Source: Selaginella moellendorffii (lineage: Eukaryota > Plantae > Lycopodiophyta). Taken from it: a stretch of 64,000 nt of DNA. Position 1 is the first letter of the stretch; the number at the start of each line of letters is the position of its first letter. Shown piece after piece: positions 11,719-21,826 of the stretch. The stretch lies in assembly GCF_000143415.4 (NCBI RefSeq), contig NW_003314425.1, positions 62,001 through 126,000 on the forward strand, in the 5' to 3' direction. A program made the translations under genes and the position numbers. The notes under the pieces are model-generated. The model did not search any database. It was not told the DNA's origin and saw only the letters and a list, made by a program, of their open reading frames with translations.

Positions 11719-13428
11719 TTGCGATTGATCCATGATCGCATGAGCTCGCAGGGATGCTCGATCGATCCATCCCGCGAATTGGACTCCATTCTCGCCGCCC
11801 ATCTCCGCGATGGGCGATTGCGCGACGCGAAGAGAGTCTTCGATTCCATGCCGCGCAGAGATCGCGATCTCGTCTCGTATACCTCGATGCTGGCGGGGCT
11901 GGGGCGGGGCGGGCGGCTGCGCGACGCCGAAGATATCTTCCACGCCATGCCCGGATGGGATCAAGTGGCGCTCAACGCGATGCTCGCGGCATACGCCCAA
12001 AGCGGGCAAATCCACAGCGCGGAAGCCTTCTACTCGCGATTGCCCGAGAGGAATCTCCTCTCCTCCAATGCGATGCTCCACGCATACGCACAGATTCCGC
12101 GTATCTCCAGCGCTGCCACCATCTTCGCGGCTATGCCACTCCACAGTCTCGTCTCTTGGAACACCATGATCCAAGCATATGCCCAAGCAGGGCATATTCA
12201 TTCCGTGCAATACCTCTTCGAGAATATGCCCGAGCGAGACTCTATCACCCTAACGACCGTACTGGTTGCGTTCGCCAGCAACGGCTCACTGAGAGAGGCC
12301 GTACATATATTCCAGGCCACCCCATGGAGGTATCTGGCATCTTGGAACTCCATGCTTGACGCATATGCCAAAGCCGGGGAAGGTTCCAACGTTGCCAACA
12401 CGTTTGAGAAGATGCCCGAGAGGGACCTACTGTCCTGGAACATTATGCTCTCCTCGTGCTCCCAGAATATCCAAGATGCCGAGCGCGTCTTCGCCCAGAT
12501 GCCCCAGCGTGACCTCGTCTCGTACGGCGCAATGCTGTTCCTGTACGGCCAGCGCGGGAATCTGAGAGATGCCAAGCGCATCTTTACCAGCGAAATGCCC
12601 TTCCACAACCTCGTATCCTGTACGGCCATGCTAAATGCATATGCCCAGGAAGGGCATCTCCAGCAGGCAAGAGATATTCTCCAGGATATGCCCGAGTGGG
12701 ATTTGGTGTTAGTAAGCGCTATGATGGTGGCATACTCCCGTCACGGGGACATAAATGCGGCTAGATTTCTCTTTGATACTTCTTACGTGAGGGATGTGGT
12801 GTGCTGGACTGCTATGCTCGGAGCATATGCCTTTAACGGGCATCTTGAGGAATCTAAGCACTTGTTTGATTGGATGCCAGAGCATGACACCTGCACCTGG
12901 AATGCCATGTTATCGGCATATTCCCAAAACTGGCATCTGGAAGAAGCAAAGGATGTCTTTGAGACAATGCCCGAGCATAATTCTGTGTCTTGGAACACAA
13001 TGCTCTCGGTCTATTCTCTTCACAAACGCCCCAAATTAGCTCAAAAGTTTTTTGATGCAGTCCCAGAGCACAATCTTGTGACTTGGGGAGCATTGTTAGC
13101 GGCATATGCGCAAAACGGGCACTATGAAGAGGCATTTTTTGTTTTTCACACTGCAGCAATGGTTCATGAGCTTGATCTTGCTTGCTTTGTGATGTTTTTC
13201 CTGGCTTGTAGCCACTCAGGGAAGGTTGGAGTTGGGAAACAGAGGTTTTCTTCGATTAGTATTGATTATGGTTTGACACCTAATAAACAGCACTATAGTT
13301 GCATGCTAGATATCTTGAGCCGTGCTGGACATTTAAATGATGCACGAGATTTACTTGCTAATATGCCTTTTGCTCCAAATTCTCTTGAAAGGTGTACAGT
13401 CATTGGAGGAGTAATCAACACTAGCTGA
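11719..13428 (+). CDS. PLS-class pentatricopeptide repeat protein with partial E domain
   Basis: Intronless ORF with many ~31-aa repeats (AKRVFDSMPRRD.VSYTSML; FETMPEHNSVSWNTML); C-terminal ACSHSG...HYSCMLDILSRAG..MPFAP; no DYW domain. Confidence 0.9.
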   Translation: MRLIHDRMSSQGCSIDPSRELDSILAAHLRDGRLRDAKRVFDSMPRRDRDLVSYTSMLAGLGRGGRLRDAEDIFHAMPGWDQVALNAMLAAYAQSGQIHSAEAFYSRLPERNLLSSNAMLHAYAQIPRISSAATIFAAMPLHSLVSWNTMIQAYAQAGHIHSVQYLFENMPERDSITLTTVLVAFASNGSLREAVHIFQATPWRYLASWNSMLDAYAKAGEGSNVANTFEKMPERDLLSWNIMLSSCSQNIQDAERVFAQMPQRDLVSYGAMLFLYGQRGNLRDAKRIFTSEMPFHNLVSCTAMLNAYAQEGHLQQARDILQDMPEWDLVLVSAMMVAYSRHGDINAARFLFDTSYVRDVVCWTAMLGAYAFNGHLEESKHLFDWMPEHDTCTWNAMLSAYSQNWHLEEAKDVFETMPEHNSVSWNTMLSVYSLHKRPKLAQKFFDAVPEHNLVTWGALLAAYAQNGHYEEAFFVFHTAAMVHELDLACFVMFFLACSHSGKVGVGKQRFSSISIDYGLTPNKQHYSCMLDILSRAGHLNDARDLLANMPFAPNSLERCTVIGGVINTS

Positions 13429-13480
13429 TTGAAATTGTTAAAACATAAATATCAAAATAGAGTTAATATTTTTTCTACCA

Positions 13481-13672
13481 CTGATGCTTTTGCATGGAAT
13501 TAGCCGAGCAGGCATGCATCCTGGATGTTAATATAAGGCTTCTCCAAGCTCCAATTTTATCAATTACATTTTTGGGCACAATTCAAGCCATTCCTACTAC
13601 ACATCACTTTGTGTTTGCCACTTTCCAGAAGTGGAAGGGGTTTGGGGTTGATGTAGATATCTTTAAGGATGT
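13481..13672 (+). pseudogene. Degenerate copy of the promoter and 5' part of the small secreted protein gene at 17008
   Basis: ctgatgcttttgcatggaatta...gcatgcat...gatgttaatataa...acacatca/ctttgtgtttgccac...gtggaaggggtttgg...gttgatgtagatatcttt matches 16891-17120, but the ATG and start of the signal peptide are deleted. Confidence 0.8.
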
Positions 13673-13849
13673 TCTAGGGCCGTCTTGTTGTGCTCACACA
13701 GCTGGAGGGTGTTCCTCCTCGACTTGGTCCAGGAATGCCCGCTTCTAGCCAAAAGCCTCTGCCGGGACCTAATCTGCACGTAAGTTTTCTTGGTGTGGTG
13801 CATGGTGATGCTTTTCACAATTTAGAGTACTTGGCTTGGAAAAACTTGA

Positions 13850-13932
13850 TGTCGGAAGTGGCATTTGAACCCATACATTCTAAAGAGGAGCAGAACTTGC
13901 GTCCGCTCCTAAGATCGGTCGGCCACCCTGAC
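13850..13932 (-). pseudogene. tRNA-Leu(CAA)-derived pseudogene
   Basis: Reverse complement GTCAGGGTGGCCGACCGATCTTAGGAGCGGACGCAAGTTCTGCTCCTCTTTAGAATGTATGGGTTCAAATGCCACTTCCGACA follows the plant tRNA-Leu(CAA) pattern GTCAGGATGGCCGAG...CTCAAGTTCTG...GGGTTCAAATCCCACTTCTGACA, with many mismatches including U33. Confidence 0.7.
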
Positions 13933-14302
13933 ATTTATTATTGAAGTTTAGAAAATCCTTTATTCGTGATTACATGGAGTTTTTAAAACTTTTAAAATGC
14001 ATGCTGGATAGACCTTTTTATAATATAAGGCCTCCTGCCTCTAACAAGTATTCAGCCGTTAATCCGTCACCACTACAACTATGAAGACTACTTTGGGTAT
14101 CACAGCGGCAGGTGTGTCTCCCGAAGGAGTCAATGGATGTATCCATAATTCCAAACTTGGCCATTTTCAAACTTTGTTCTGTATAAGAAAAGACAAAGCA
14201 AAAACTTCTCGAACTCGCAGGAGGACTATGATCCTTAGAAGAGTATTTTGTCTGTTGAACGCTTTTCCTTCAAAAGATCTCTATTATCATGCTCCAACAA
14301 GA

Positions 14303-16572
14303 ATGTCTCTCCATACAGTGTTGCTATTATCGATTGTGGAGCTTAATTACTTGCATCTTACAGCAAGCTTTGGCTACATGACCACGCTAGGTTCACTGTG
14401 GACTCTCAGCTATTTCACTCCAAAAAATACAGGTTCTTACTTGGTATGTATTTTACAAGCTGGAACCATGGCACCCGTTTGTTTTGGATCCATTCGCACA
14501 CACGAACAACCCCAAGACAAGCAACTAGTCACCATATCCTCTGGAGGGAAATTTGTATGTGGGCTAGAATATGGCAATCATTTTCCAATATGCTGGGGCA
14601 GTCTCGAAGCTCCACAAAGTTTTCTAAATGTTAGCTATACAGCCATAAGCAGTGGTGCAAGCCATGCGTGTGCAATACGAAGCTACGACAATAGAGCCGA
14701 CTGTTGGGGGAGTATAAACTCTTCTACCGTTCCAAACCAAGACTTCGTGTCGATCTCATCTGGAAGTGGTTTCTCCTGTGGCCTGACACTAGATGGAGCA
14801 ACAGCATGCTGGGGAGAAGTGCCAGGTGCAATCCCAAAACCAGCAAATGATAAGAAGTTCATGGCTTTGTTTGCTGGAGCATATGTAGTTTGTGGAATAA
14901 CAGCTCAAGCAGGAGAAACTCTTTGCTGGGGAGGTGAAAAGAGCAATCCCAGTCCTGCAATTCCTCCTCCTGGTCTCAAGTTTTCTTACATAACTGGAGG
15001 ATTCCGCCATACTTGTGGAGTGCGTGCAGACAATCACCAAACCGTGTGCTGGGGAGATAACAGGTTTGCGCAACTTCGAGTTCCGGAGAACGCCACATTT
15101 TCAGCCATTTCAGCTGGTGATTTCTACACTTGTGGTGTGAGGCTGGACAGGGCTATGAAGATCTTGTGTTGGGGAAACTCTGGTGTATTGAAGAACGAAG
15201 ACTTCAATGCGAGCCAGGGAGTTTGCACAAGCAGGTGTGGAAAAAACCAATACGAGCTGCATGGAAGTACATCTTGCCCCTCACTCTCTGACAAAGTGTG
15301 TTTGGACTGCTCCATTTGTGTTGGCGACAACGTAGAGATCTCTCCTTGTGGAGATAGCTTTGATAGGAAATGTGGCAAATTGGATATTACTAGTGGAGTT
15401 GAGATATCAAAGAGCTGGAGGAGGATTATGTTTGTGCTGTATGTAACTTGTTTTGGAGCTGCAGCTATGGGAATTTTGGTGTATTTGAAATGTGGAGCTG
15501 CAAAGTTTGGAAAGATTAACGATTCTGGGCATGGAGTTGTATGTCTTTCGGCGTCTGAGCTACAAGCAGCCACGAACAATTATTGTGATGACTCGATATT
15601 GGGAAAAGGTTCATTTGCAACAGTGTATAAAGGAGTTCTGCACAATGGTCGTCAAGTTGCTATCAAACAAGCAAAGGCCTCTACAAGGTATTTATTTTTC
15701 TTCAGTATTTACTTCCTTTTCTTTAAATTGAAAAAAAAAAAAACAGGTCTGGTGAAATGTTTAGAAAGGAGCTAAAACTTCTTGCCAGAACACACCACTC
15801 TTGCGTCGTAAACTTAATCGGATACTGCGAGCAAGAGAAGCTCCTGGTCTTCGAATTCATGTCTAGAGGCACCCTACACGACAACTTGTATTCTTCCCAT
15901 TCACTGGAATGGACAACAAGGATCAAAATCTCGGCACAAGCTGCCCGAGGCCTCGAGTACCTCCACAGGTATGTATCACCCAGCGTCACCCACAGGGACG
16001 TGAAATCGTCAAACATCCTCCTGGATTGCGACTGGAACGCAAAAGTATCAGACTTTGGGCTATCGGTGTGCGGTCCTCAAGACAATGCAACACACCTGAG
16101 CAATTTGACTATCGTTGGAACTCCCGGTTACTTGGATCCTGACTATGGGAACTCCTCCCAGCTCACAACCACAAGCGACGTCTACAGCTTTGGAGTGGTT
16201 CTTCTCGAGCTCATGTCTGGTCAAAAGCCAATTGATCTGTCAAGAGAGATCCAGAGTCTGGTTGCTTGGGTGCTCGATCTGGTGGAACGTGACGAGTGGA
16301 GCTCGGTGTTGGATGCTAGACTTGCAGTGCCTTTGGAGCCGGAGCCACTCTACCGTGCAGTGAAGTTGGCGCTGGAGTGTACCAAAGCCAGTGGGAAGGA
16401 GAGGCCGTCCATGTCGCATGTCGCCAAAACTCTCGAGGAAGTTTTGGAGGCTGTGGTTTCTCCTCAAACTTGTGCTTTTTCTAGCGTACAGATTCAGGGA
16501 GAGTTTCTTGCTGTTTCATCTTGGGATGGATCGAGACTTCCTTCCAGACGTGTATCAGCCCTTCATATCTAA
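14303..16572 (+). CDS. CRINKLY4/ACR4-family receptor-like kinase
   Basis: RCC1-like crinkly repeats (AISSGASHACAI..CWG), a TNFR-like Cys-rich segment, TM (IMFVLYVTCFGAAAMGILVYL), and kinase motifs LGKGSFATVY, HRDVKSSN, DFG, GTPGYLDPDY. Intron 15688-15746. Likely signal-peptide Met at 14303; the frame is open from 14081. Confidence 0.88.
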
Positions 16573-17007
16573 TAAGCAAACTTAATAAGGTTGTAGTTTA
16601 TTGTTTCATAAAAATTAATTTACGTTCTACTTTTTTTCATCAGGTGCTAGATATATATTTATACGTTAGCTTCTCGCCGTTACATACTTTTGGAGAGAAG
16701 AAGGTGGCGGACTTTGAGTGATTGATTAAGAGTTCTCAATATATATCCATATCAATTACTTTTAGCTCCTTTCAGATGAATTTCTTCCTAAATGAAGATT
16801 TTAGTTTAGATTTTAGATTGATTTCCATCCACTTTGAGAGGAGACTATATTTAGATACTAATTCAATTTACCTTTTAAATTACAATACCACTGATGCTTT
16901 TGCATGGAATTAACACTTGGCTGATAGGCATGCATTCTAGATGTTAATATAAAGCCTCTCCAAGATCCAATTATCAATCACATTTGGGCATATTGCTATT
17001 ACACATC

Positions 17008-17343
17008 ATGAAGGCTTCTTTGGTGTTTCTCATCTTTGTGTTTGCCACATTCCACATTGTACTGTCTACTTCGAGTGGAAGGGGTTTGGATGCCGATGAT
17101 GTTGATGTAGATATCTTTGAGGATTTGGATGCTGATGATGTTGATGTCGAAGTCTTTGAGGATTTCCCACAGAAGGATGATGATTATGAGAACCAGAAAC
17201 GGGGTGACGGTCTAGGCAAGCACAGGAAGGGCAAGAATAATAACAACAACAACATCAACATCAACATCAACTTCTGCAAGAACGAGTCTATGGATCACAA
17301 ACGTGAGGAGGAGAAGGAGAAGGAAAAGAAGACTTATCCTTAG
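17008..17343 (+). CDS. Small secreted protein A (signal peptide, acidic 13-aa repeat, GKHR-N6-INININ-C motif), family unknown
   Basis: MKASLVFLIFVFATFHIVLS signal peptide; 39-nt tandem duplication encoding DADDVDVDIFEDL; TATA-like TATAAA ~60 bp upstream; AATAAA downstream; paralog at 17912. Confidence 0.75.
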   Translation: MKASLVFLIFVFATFHIVLSTSSGRGLDADDVDVDIFEDLDADDVDVEVFEDFPQKDDDYENQKRGDGLGKHRKGKNNNNNNINININFCKNESMDHKREEEKEKEKKTYP

Positions 17344-17671
17344 GAACTTGTTATTTGTAGAGTTTTTTGCAATAAAATAATATGTTTCACACCATTTCTG
17401 CACTCCAGAAAAAACTTCTCTAGCACTCCTTTCTATCTGTGTCGAGAGCTTTCGCAGTGCGTCATCTCGATGTGGAACCCGGTATGGATTGATCTGCTCG
17501 GCTCTAGCATTATGTCCTGAGCCTTCTGAGCAGAACAGGTGGAGATGGGAGTCCAAAGTCTTGAACCTTTTGTTTTGCCACTGAGGGGGCCTTCTTGCTG
17601 TGCTCACACAGGAACGCCCGGTAATAGTTTTCGCAAATAAACTTAGGAATAGTTTCCTTGGAAAAACTCAA

Positions 17672-17742
17672 TGCTGAAAGTGGCATTTGAACCCACGCAT
17701 TCGAACTTGAGTACGTTCCTTAGACCATTCGGTCATCCTGAC
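17672..17742 (-). pseudogene. Second tRNA-Leu(CAA)-derived pseudogene (variable arm deleted)
   Basis: Reverse complement GTCAGGATGACCGAATGGTCTAAGGAACGTACTCAAGTTCGAATGCGTGGGTTCAAATGCCACTTTCAGCA: A-box-like, CTCAAGT loop and B-box retained; stems broken. Confidence 0.7.
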
Positions 17743-17911
17743 ATTTCTTGACAGATTTCATTGACGAGTATACAAAATATCAAGCAACGTGATTGCATGG
17801 AGTATTTTGAGCCACTTGGCAACTTTCCAAAATGCATGCTGGCCTATAATATAAGGCCTCCTTGCTCCAACAAGTGCTGATTGCAAGCGTTGATCAACCA
17901 CTACTACAGCT

Positions 17912-18232
17912 ATGAAGACTGCTTTGGTGTTTCTAGTGTTTGTATTTGCCACTTTCCAAATTGCATTGTCTTCTCAGAGTAGAAGGGGGCTCTTGTCTAA
18001 GGACACTGGTGTTGGGGTTCAGGATTCATCAGCAAAAGAACCAGTGTCCAGTTCTCTAATGGATTCTCCAGAGATGGACAATTATATGGATGGAGTTCAT
18101 GGCCAAGGCAAGCACAGGAGGAACAACAATAACAACAATAACAACATCAACATCAATATCAACGTTTGCAGGAAGAAGTCCATGGAGCGTGAAGATTCAA
18201 AAGACAAGGAGAAGGTCAAGTTCAATCCTTAG
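17912..18232 (+). CDS. Small secreted protein B (paralog of A)
   Basis: MKTALVFLVFVFATFQIALS signal peptide; GQGKHRRNNNNNNNNINININVC motif; TATA-like TATAATATAA at ~17845; AATAAA at ~18270. Confidence 0.78.
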   Translation: MKTALVFLVFVFATFQIALSSQSRRGLLSKDTGVGVQDSSAKEPVSSSLMDSPEMDNYMDGVHGQGKHRRNNNNNNNNINININVCRKKSMEREDSKDKEKVKFNP

Positions 18233-19057
18233 ATTAGAGCAGACGGATCCTCTCTATCATGTATAGATGAATAAAACCAATAAGAATATTTTGTTTCAGG
18301 TTAGTAGCAGTATAAAGCAAAATTCATTGAGAAGTACAACGCAGCCTGTTGTTCCCGGAATTGTCTCAAACTAGCGATTGAAAGCAAAATCCATGGAGAA
18401 CTACACATACGGTCTGTTGTTCCCAAAGAACGAAACACTGTAGCTTAAGGAGTAACCATTGCTTTACAGACTATTATATCAATTTTCCATCCTCCTGCCC
18501 TCCATGGCTTCTCCAAAGTTGCCACTCTTGCAAGGCGATGATGTCATGACATTTGGTAATGAGATCACGGGTACTCCAGGCAATGGTCATATTCATTCAT
18601 TCATTTATATACTATTTACACATGCTACCGATGGATTAATATGTAAACTAAAGTTTAAGTACTAAAGTCAACGATTAGACATGGCATGTGTTCGTGTAAA
18701 GGTGGTGGAGATGATCGGCCCACGTTCGTATGTATAATGTGGGGTCGGAAAGAGTGGCGTGGGGGGAAACTCAAATGGAGTACCGGCTGAAAAGGAGAAG
18801 CCCACGGGAGAGGTTTCAAATTAAAGCGCAGGAGAATGCGCGGCGGCATGTGACCACAGCCGTCGATAGCCATGCCCGATCCATTCCAAAACATCCATCA
18901 AAGAATTTTATACCTCGCTTGTCCATTTGTGTGTGTCTCTGTTCCTTCTTACCTACACTGCGAGAGAGGAAGAAGATAAGAGGAAGCGATCGATCGCGAT
19001 CGCGATCGCATCGCATCGCATCGAGCGTGAAAAGAGGATCGTTTGGATTGGAGTGTC

Positions 19058-19663
19058 ATGGCCTCCGCAAAGGCCCCATTTGGAACGATGCACAACCAGC
19101 CGCCGCCCAGGAATCGCAAGCACGCGGATCCAGCGCCCTGGGACAGAGATCCCAGCGGCGGCAGCAGCAGAGCTCCACTCTCCTCGAGATCTTCCGGGAG
19201 TGGCAACGCCGCCGCCCCCGCCAGCAAATCGGTGAGCCGCCCAGCGAAGGATCATCAAGTCGAGCAGCCGAGCAGTGGCAGGAGGATCGCGAATCAGGGG
19301 GCGAATTCGTCGGGCAAGCCAGCGGCGCCACCGGTGGTCTCGCAAAGATCTGCCGCTGCCAAGGTGGCTGGATCCACAAAAACTGCGCCATTTGGGACCG
19401 CCCACAATGCTCCCGCCCAGGTGATCTTCTCGGCTATGGCTTCCCTCTTCTTGTTTCTTCTTCTTATCTCGGCATTTTTTCTACAGGCACACAAGAATGT
19501 GGGTGCTAGCAAGGCTCCATGGGAGCGGGACGACAGCCAGAGATTCCAAAAGGTGATTTTGGTTCCAAGCTTGCGATGATAGCCATGTTTTTTCTTCTTG
19601 TTTTTCTGCCTTTAGATTGCATTTGGGAACCTCAAGAGTTTTGGAGCTTTTATCCGAACTTGA
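19058..19663 (+). CDS. Small basic repeat protein (APFGTxHN / APWxRD motifs), three exons, unknown function
   Basis: ATG at 19058; GT-AG introns 19421-19486 and 19553-19615; motifs occur twice (KAPFGTMHN..APWDRD and TAPFGTAHN..KAPWERD). Last exon is tentative. Confidence 0.55.
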
Positions 19664-20196
19664 CAAGAGGAAGGCGATGCACACCAAAGCTTTCTTTGTG
19701 TATAAGAAATTTCCCGACGGCGTGGAAAGATGGATCTATGAGTTAGAAAAGTTTCGGGCTGGTTTGAACTGGAAACATTGATCAGGAACCTTGGAATATA
19801 CTTGGTCACAACAATTAGGGTGCAAGACCTAATACCAGTTCTTTGGTGGTTATCAAAAGATCAAGTTTGTAATTTGTCCTTTTTTTCTAACAACAACAAA
19901 ACGCTACTACTTACTACTGCTGCAATGCACCTTTGGTAGTCCTCCAAACTATTAATGGAGTGCTCAGATGCTACTTCACATTTCTACTGTTGGAGGAGAA
20001 GCAATTTAAATGCTAACTCAATTGGTATTTACTCATTGTTAATATAATAATAATACATGTTTTTGAAGGTGTTTTCATAATATTACAAAGCAATTTATAT
20101 ATCATGTAAGACTTTGAATTGATCGGTCTATATGTTTTACCTCAATTGCCACTGATAAATTACTGAATTTCATAAATCAAAGAATTTAGAACCGTA

Positions 20197-21057
20197 TTAT
20201 GGTTTTATCCATACAATTTCTTGTGTATCTGTTCTATAGAGAACAAGTTTCCCATCATTTCTTACAACTAGAGCAGATGAAAGAACACAATTTGGTTGTG
20301 GTTGACAATAAAGATTTAATGCCCATAAAATTGATTTATGAAAGATGTGTTGTATTAGTAAATTCCCATCAACTTGTAAAGAAAGAAAATATCCATCTTC
20401 ATTAAGGCAATAACTAATGCTTGTCCAAATAATATTATAGTATTCATCTTTAAGTTGCAATTGACACTTACTTGCAAATGTAAATAGAAATTTATTATTA
20501 GAGGAATAAATTGATTTATAAGGTAATAAAATTGACTCTGGACCTATCGGGCCACTAATAAGATTATTCATTCTAAAGTCACAATCATTAATATATAAAA
20601 TTTTATTTATTTCTACTAATATAAATGAAGAAGAACCAAATGCATGCATGAAATAATCAATACCAAAATTTCCATATGTTGCAAACAAACTTCCATATCC
20701 ATTAATCCTTACATTATCAACAATCACATTGAATATAATCATTAAAAAGTGTTGTAATACATGTCCTTCAATTTGAAGTCCTGTAGGATTAAGCTCACAA
20801 GTTCTTGCTCTTGCAAACCATAGCCTTACAGTGATTCTTCTTTCTCCACTTATTATACTTGCTCCAGTAATTGTTGTACCTGAATTATATATTGTATGAA
20901 ATCCTAAAGTTCTTATTAACCCAAGAGTTAAACCCATCACTTCAATCCTTTGATGAAGTAATAGTGCGTTTTGTTGTCTTTGATATAAATAATTTACTCC
21001 AGAACATGTATTATTATTATTACTAAAAAGTATAAAAACAAAAAATAAAATATTCAT
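20197..21057 (-). CDS. Secreted protein: unknown N-terminal domain + C-terminal bulb-type (GNA/B) lectin domain
   Basis: 286-aa stop-free ORF in very AT-rich DNA; hydrophobic N-terminus; B-lectin motifs SIYSSNNKF, IIWTS, LSLQVDGNLLI..ILWA, LVVRNDGKLVLY..IVW. Confidence 0.72.
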   Translation of the reverse strand: MNILFFVFILFSNNNNTCSGVNYLYQRQQNALLLHQRIEVMGLTLGLIRTLGFHTIYNSGTTITGASIISGERRITVRLWFARARTCELNPTGLQIEGHVLQHFLMIIFNVIVDNVRINGYGSLFATYGNFGIDYFMHAFGSSSFILVEINKILYINDCDFRMNNLISGPIGPESILLPYKSIYSSNNKFLFTFASKCQLQLKDEYYNIIWTSISYCLNEDGYFLSLQVDGNLLIQHIFHKSILWALNLYCQPQPNCVLSSALVVRNDGKLVLYRTDTQEIVWIKP

Positions 21058-21352
21058 TAATATCTCTAAAGAAATTAGCTTCCTTTTTTCTTAAATAATA
21101 ATTTTGTGATAAATAAATTAGATTAAAACTATTTTAGGAAAAACTAAAAGTTTTGTTTTTAGTTGATTTTTCAACATATTCATATAAATATACTTAATTA
21201 CAACATATTCATTGGCATTTATTTTTAAGTCTCATCAGGTAAAATATATTTATACATGATTTGTTTTGTTTCTCTTAGTCGTAATAAATTATAGGAAATT
21301 TTTTGAGCTTCACATTAGCACAACATGATTGGTTTGCTGTGATTTTAATTTT

Positions 21353-21380
21353 ATATATAGATACATATATACATATATAC

Positions 21381-21412
<32 letters not shown>

Positions 21413-21440
21413 ATATATACATATACATATATATATATAT
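21353..21440. repeat. (AT)n/(ATAC) compound microsatellite
   Basis: atatatagatacatatatacatatatacatatatatatat... visible directly. Confidence 0.95.
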
Positions 21441-21675
21441 TGCCCTCAAGTGGGGTATGGGAGTTTTGGTATTGGTGACACTAAAGAAGTGGAGATAAAC
21501 TTTGATCATCATAGACTTGGAATGTAAGAAAATTAAGACAAAAAAGTAAAGGTGAAACATTTTATAGCAAAAAGAAAACAATTTCACTATATTCACCTTA
21601 TTGACTGTGCAGCCTCTTTAAATTATCCACAACACTGGAATTTAAAACCATGTTAAGAAACCCTAGGCACAAGAT

Positions 21676-21826
21676 TCCTCTTGTAGCATGGCTATGACAA
21701 ACACCTGCTCAGCCTAGCTCTTAGCAGCCATGGCCAGGAGGTGTTCACCCAGCTTACCCTTAATAGCCATGGCCAGCACTAATGCTCAAGACAGCCCACA
21801 CTAAACCTGCCCTTATAGCCATGGAA
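21676..21826. repeat. Degenerate tandem repeat (core C(C/T)CTT..AGCCATGG, 4 copies, ~40-50 bp spacing) within a probable decayed transposon
   Basis: Cores at ~21678, 21718, 21757 and 21810; surrounding DNA has no CpG. Confidence 0.5.

Noticed and set aside
14081-14302. 74-aa N-terminal extension as a genuine CR4 domain
   Set aside because: No domain similarity, and it would precede the signal peptide. It is explained by the duplicated peptide-gene start and treated under findings.
13850-17742. Functional tRNA-Leu genes
   Set aside because: Both copies have broken stems; one lacks U33 and the other lacks the variable arm. Recorded as pseudogenes.
18984-19026. (CGAT)/(CGCAT) run before the 19058 gene
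   Set aside because: GATC-rich simple repeats recur near many 5' ends in this window and are not specific.
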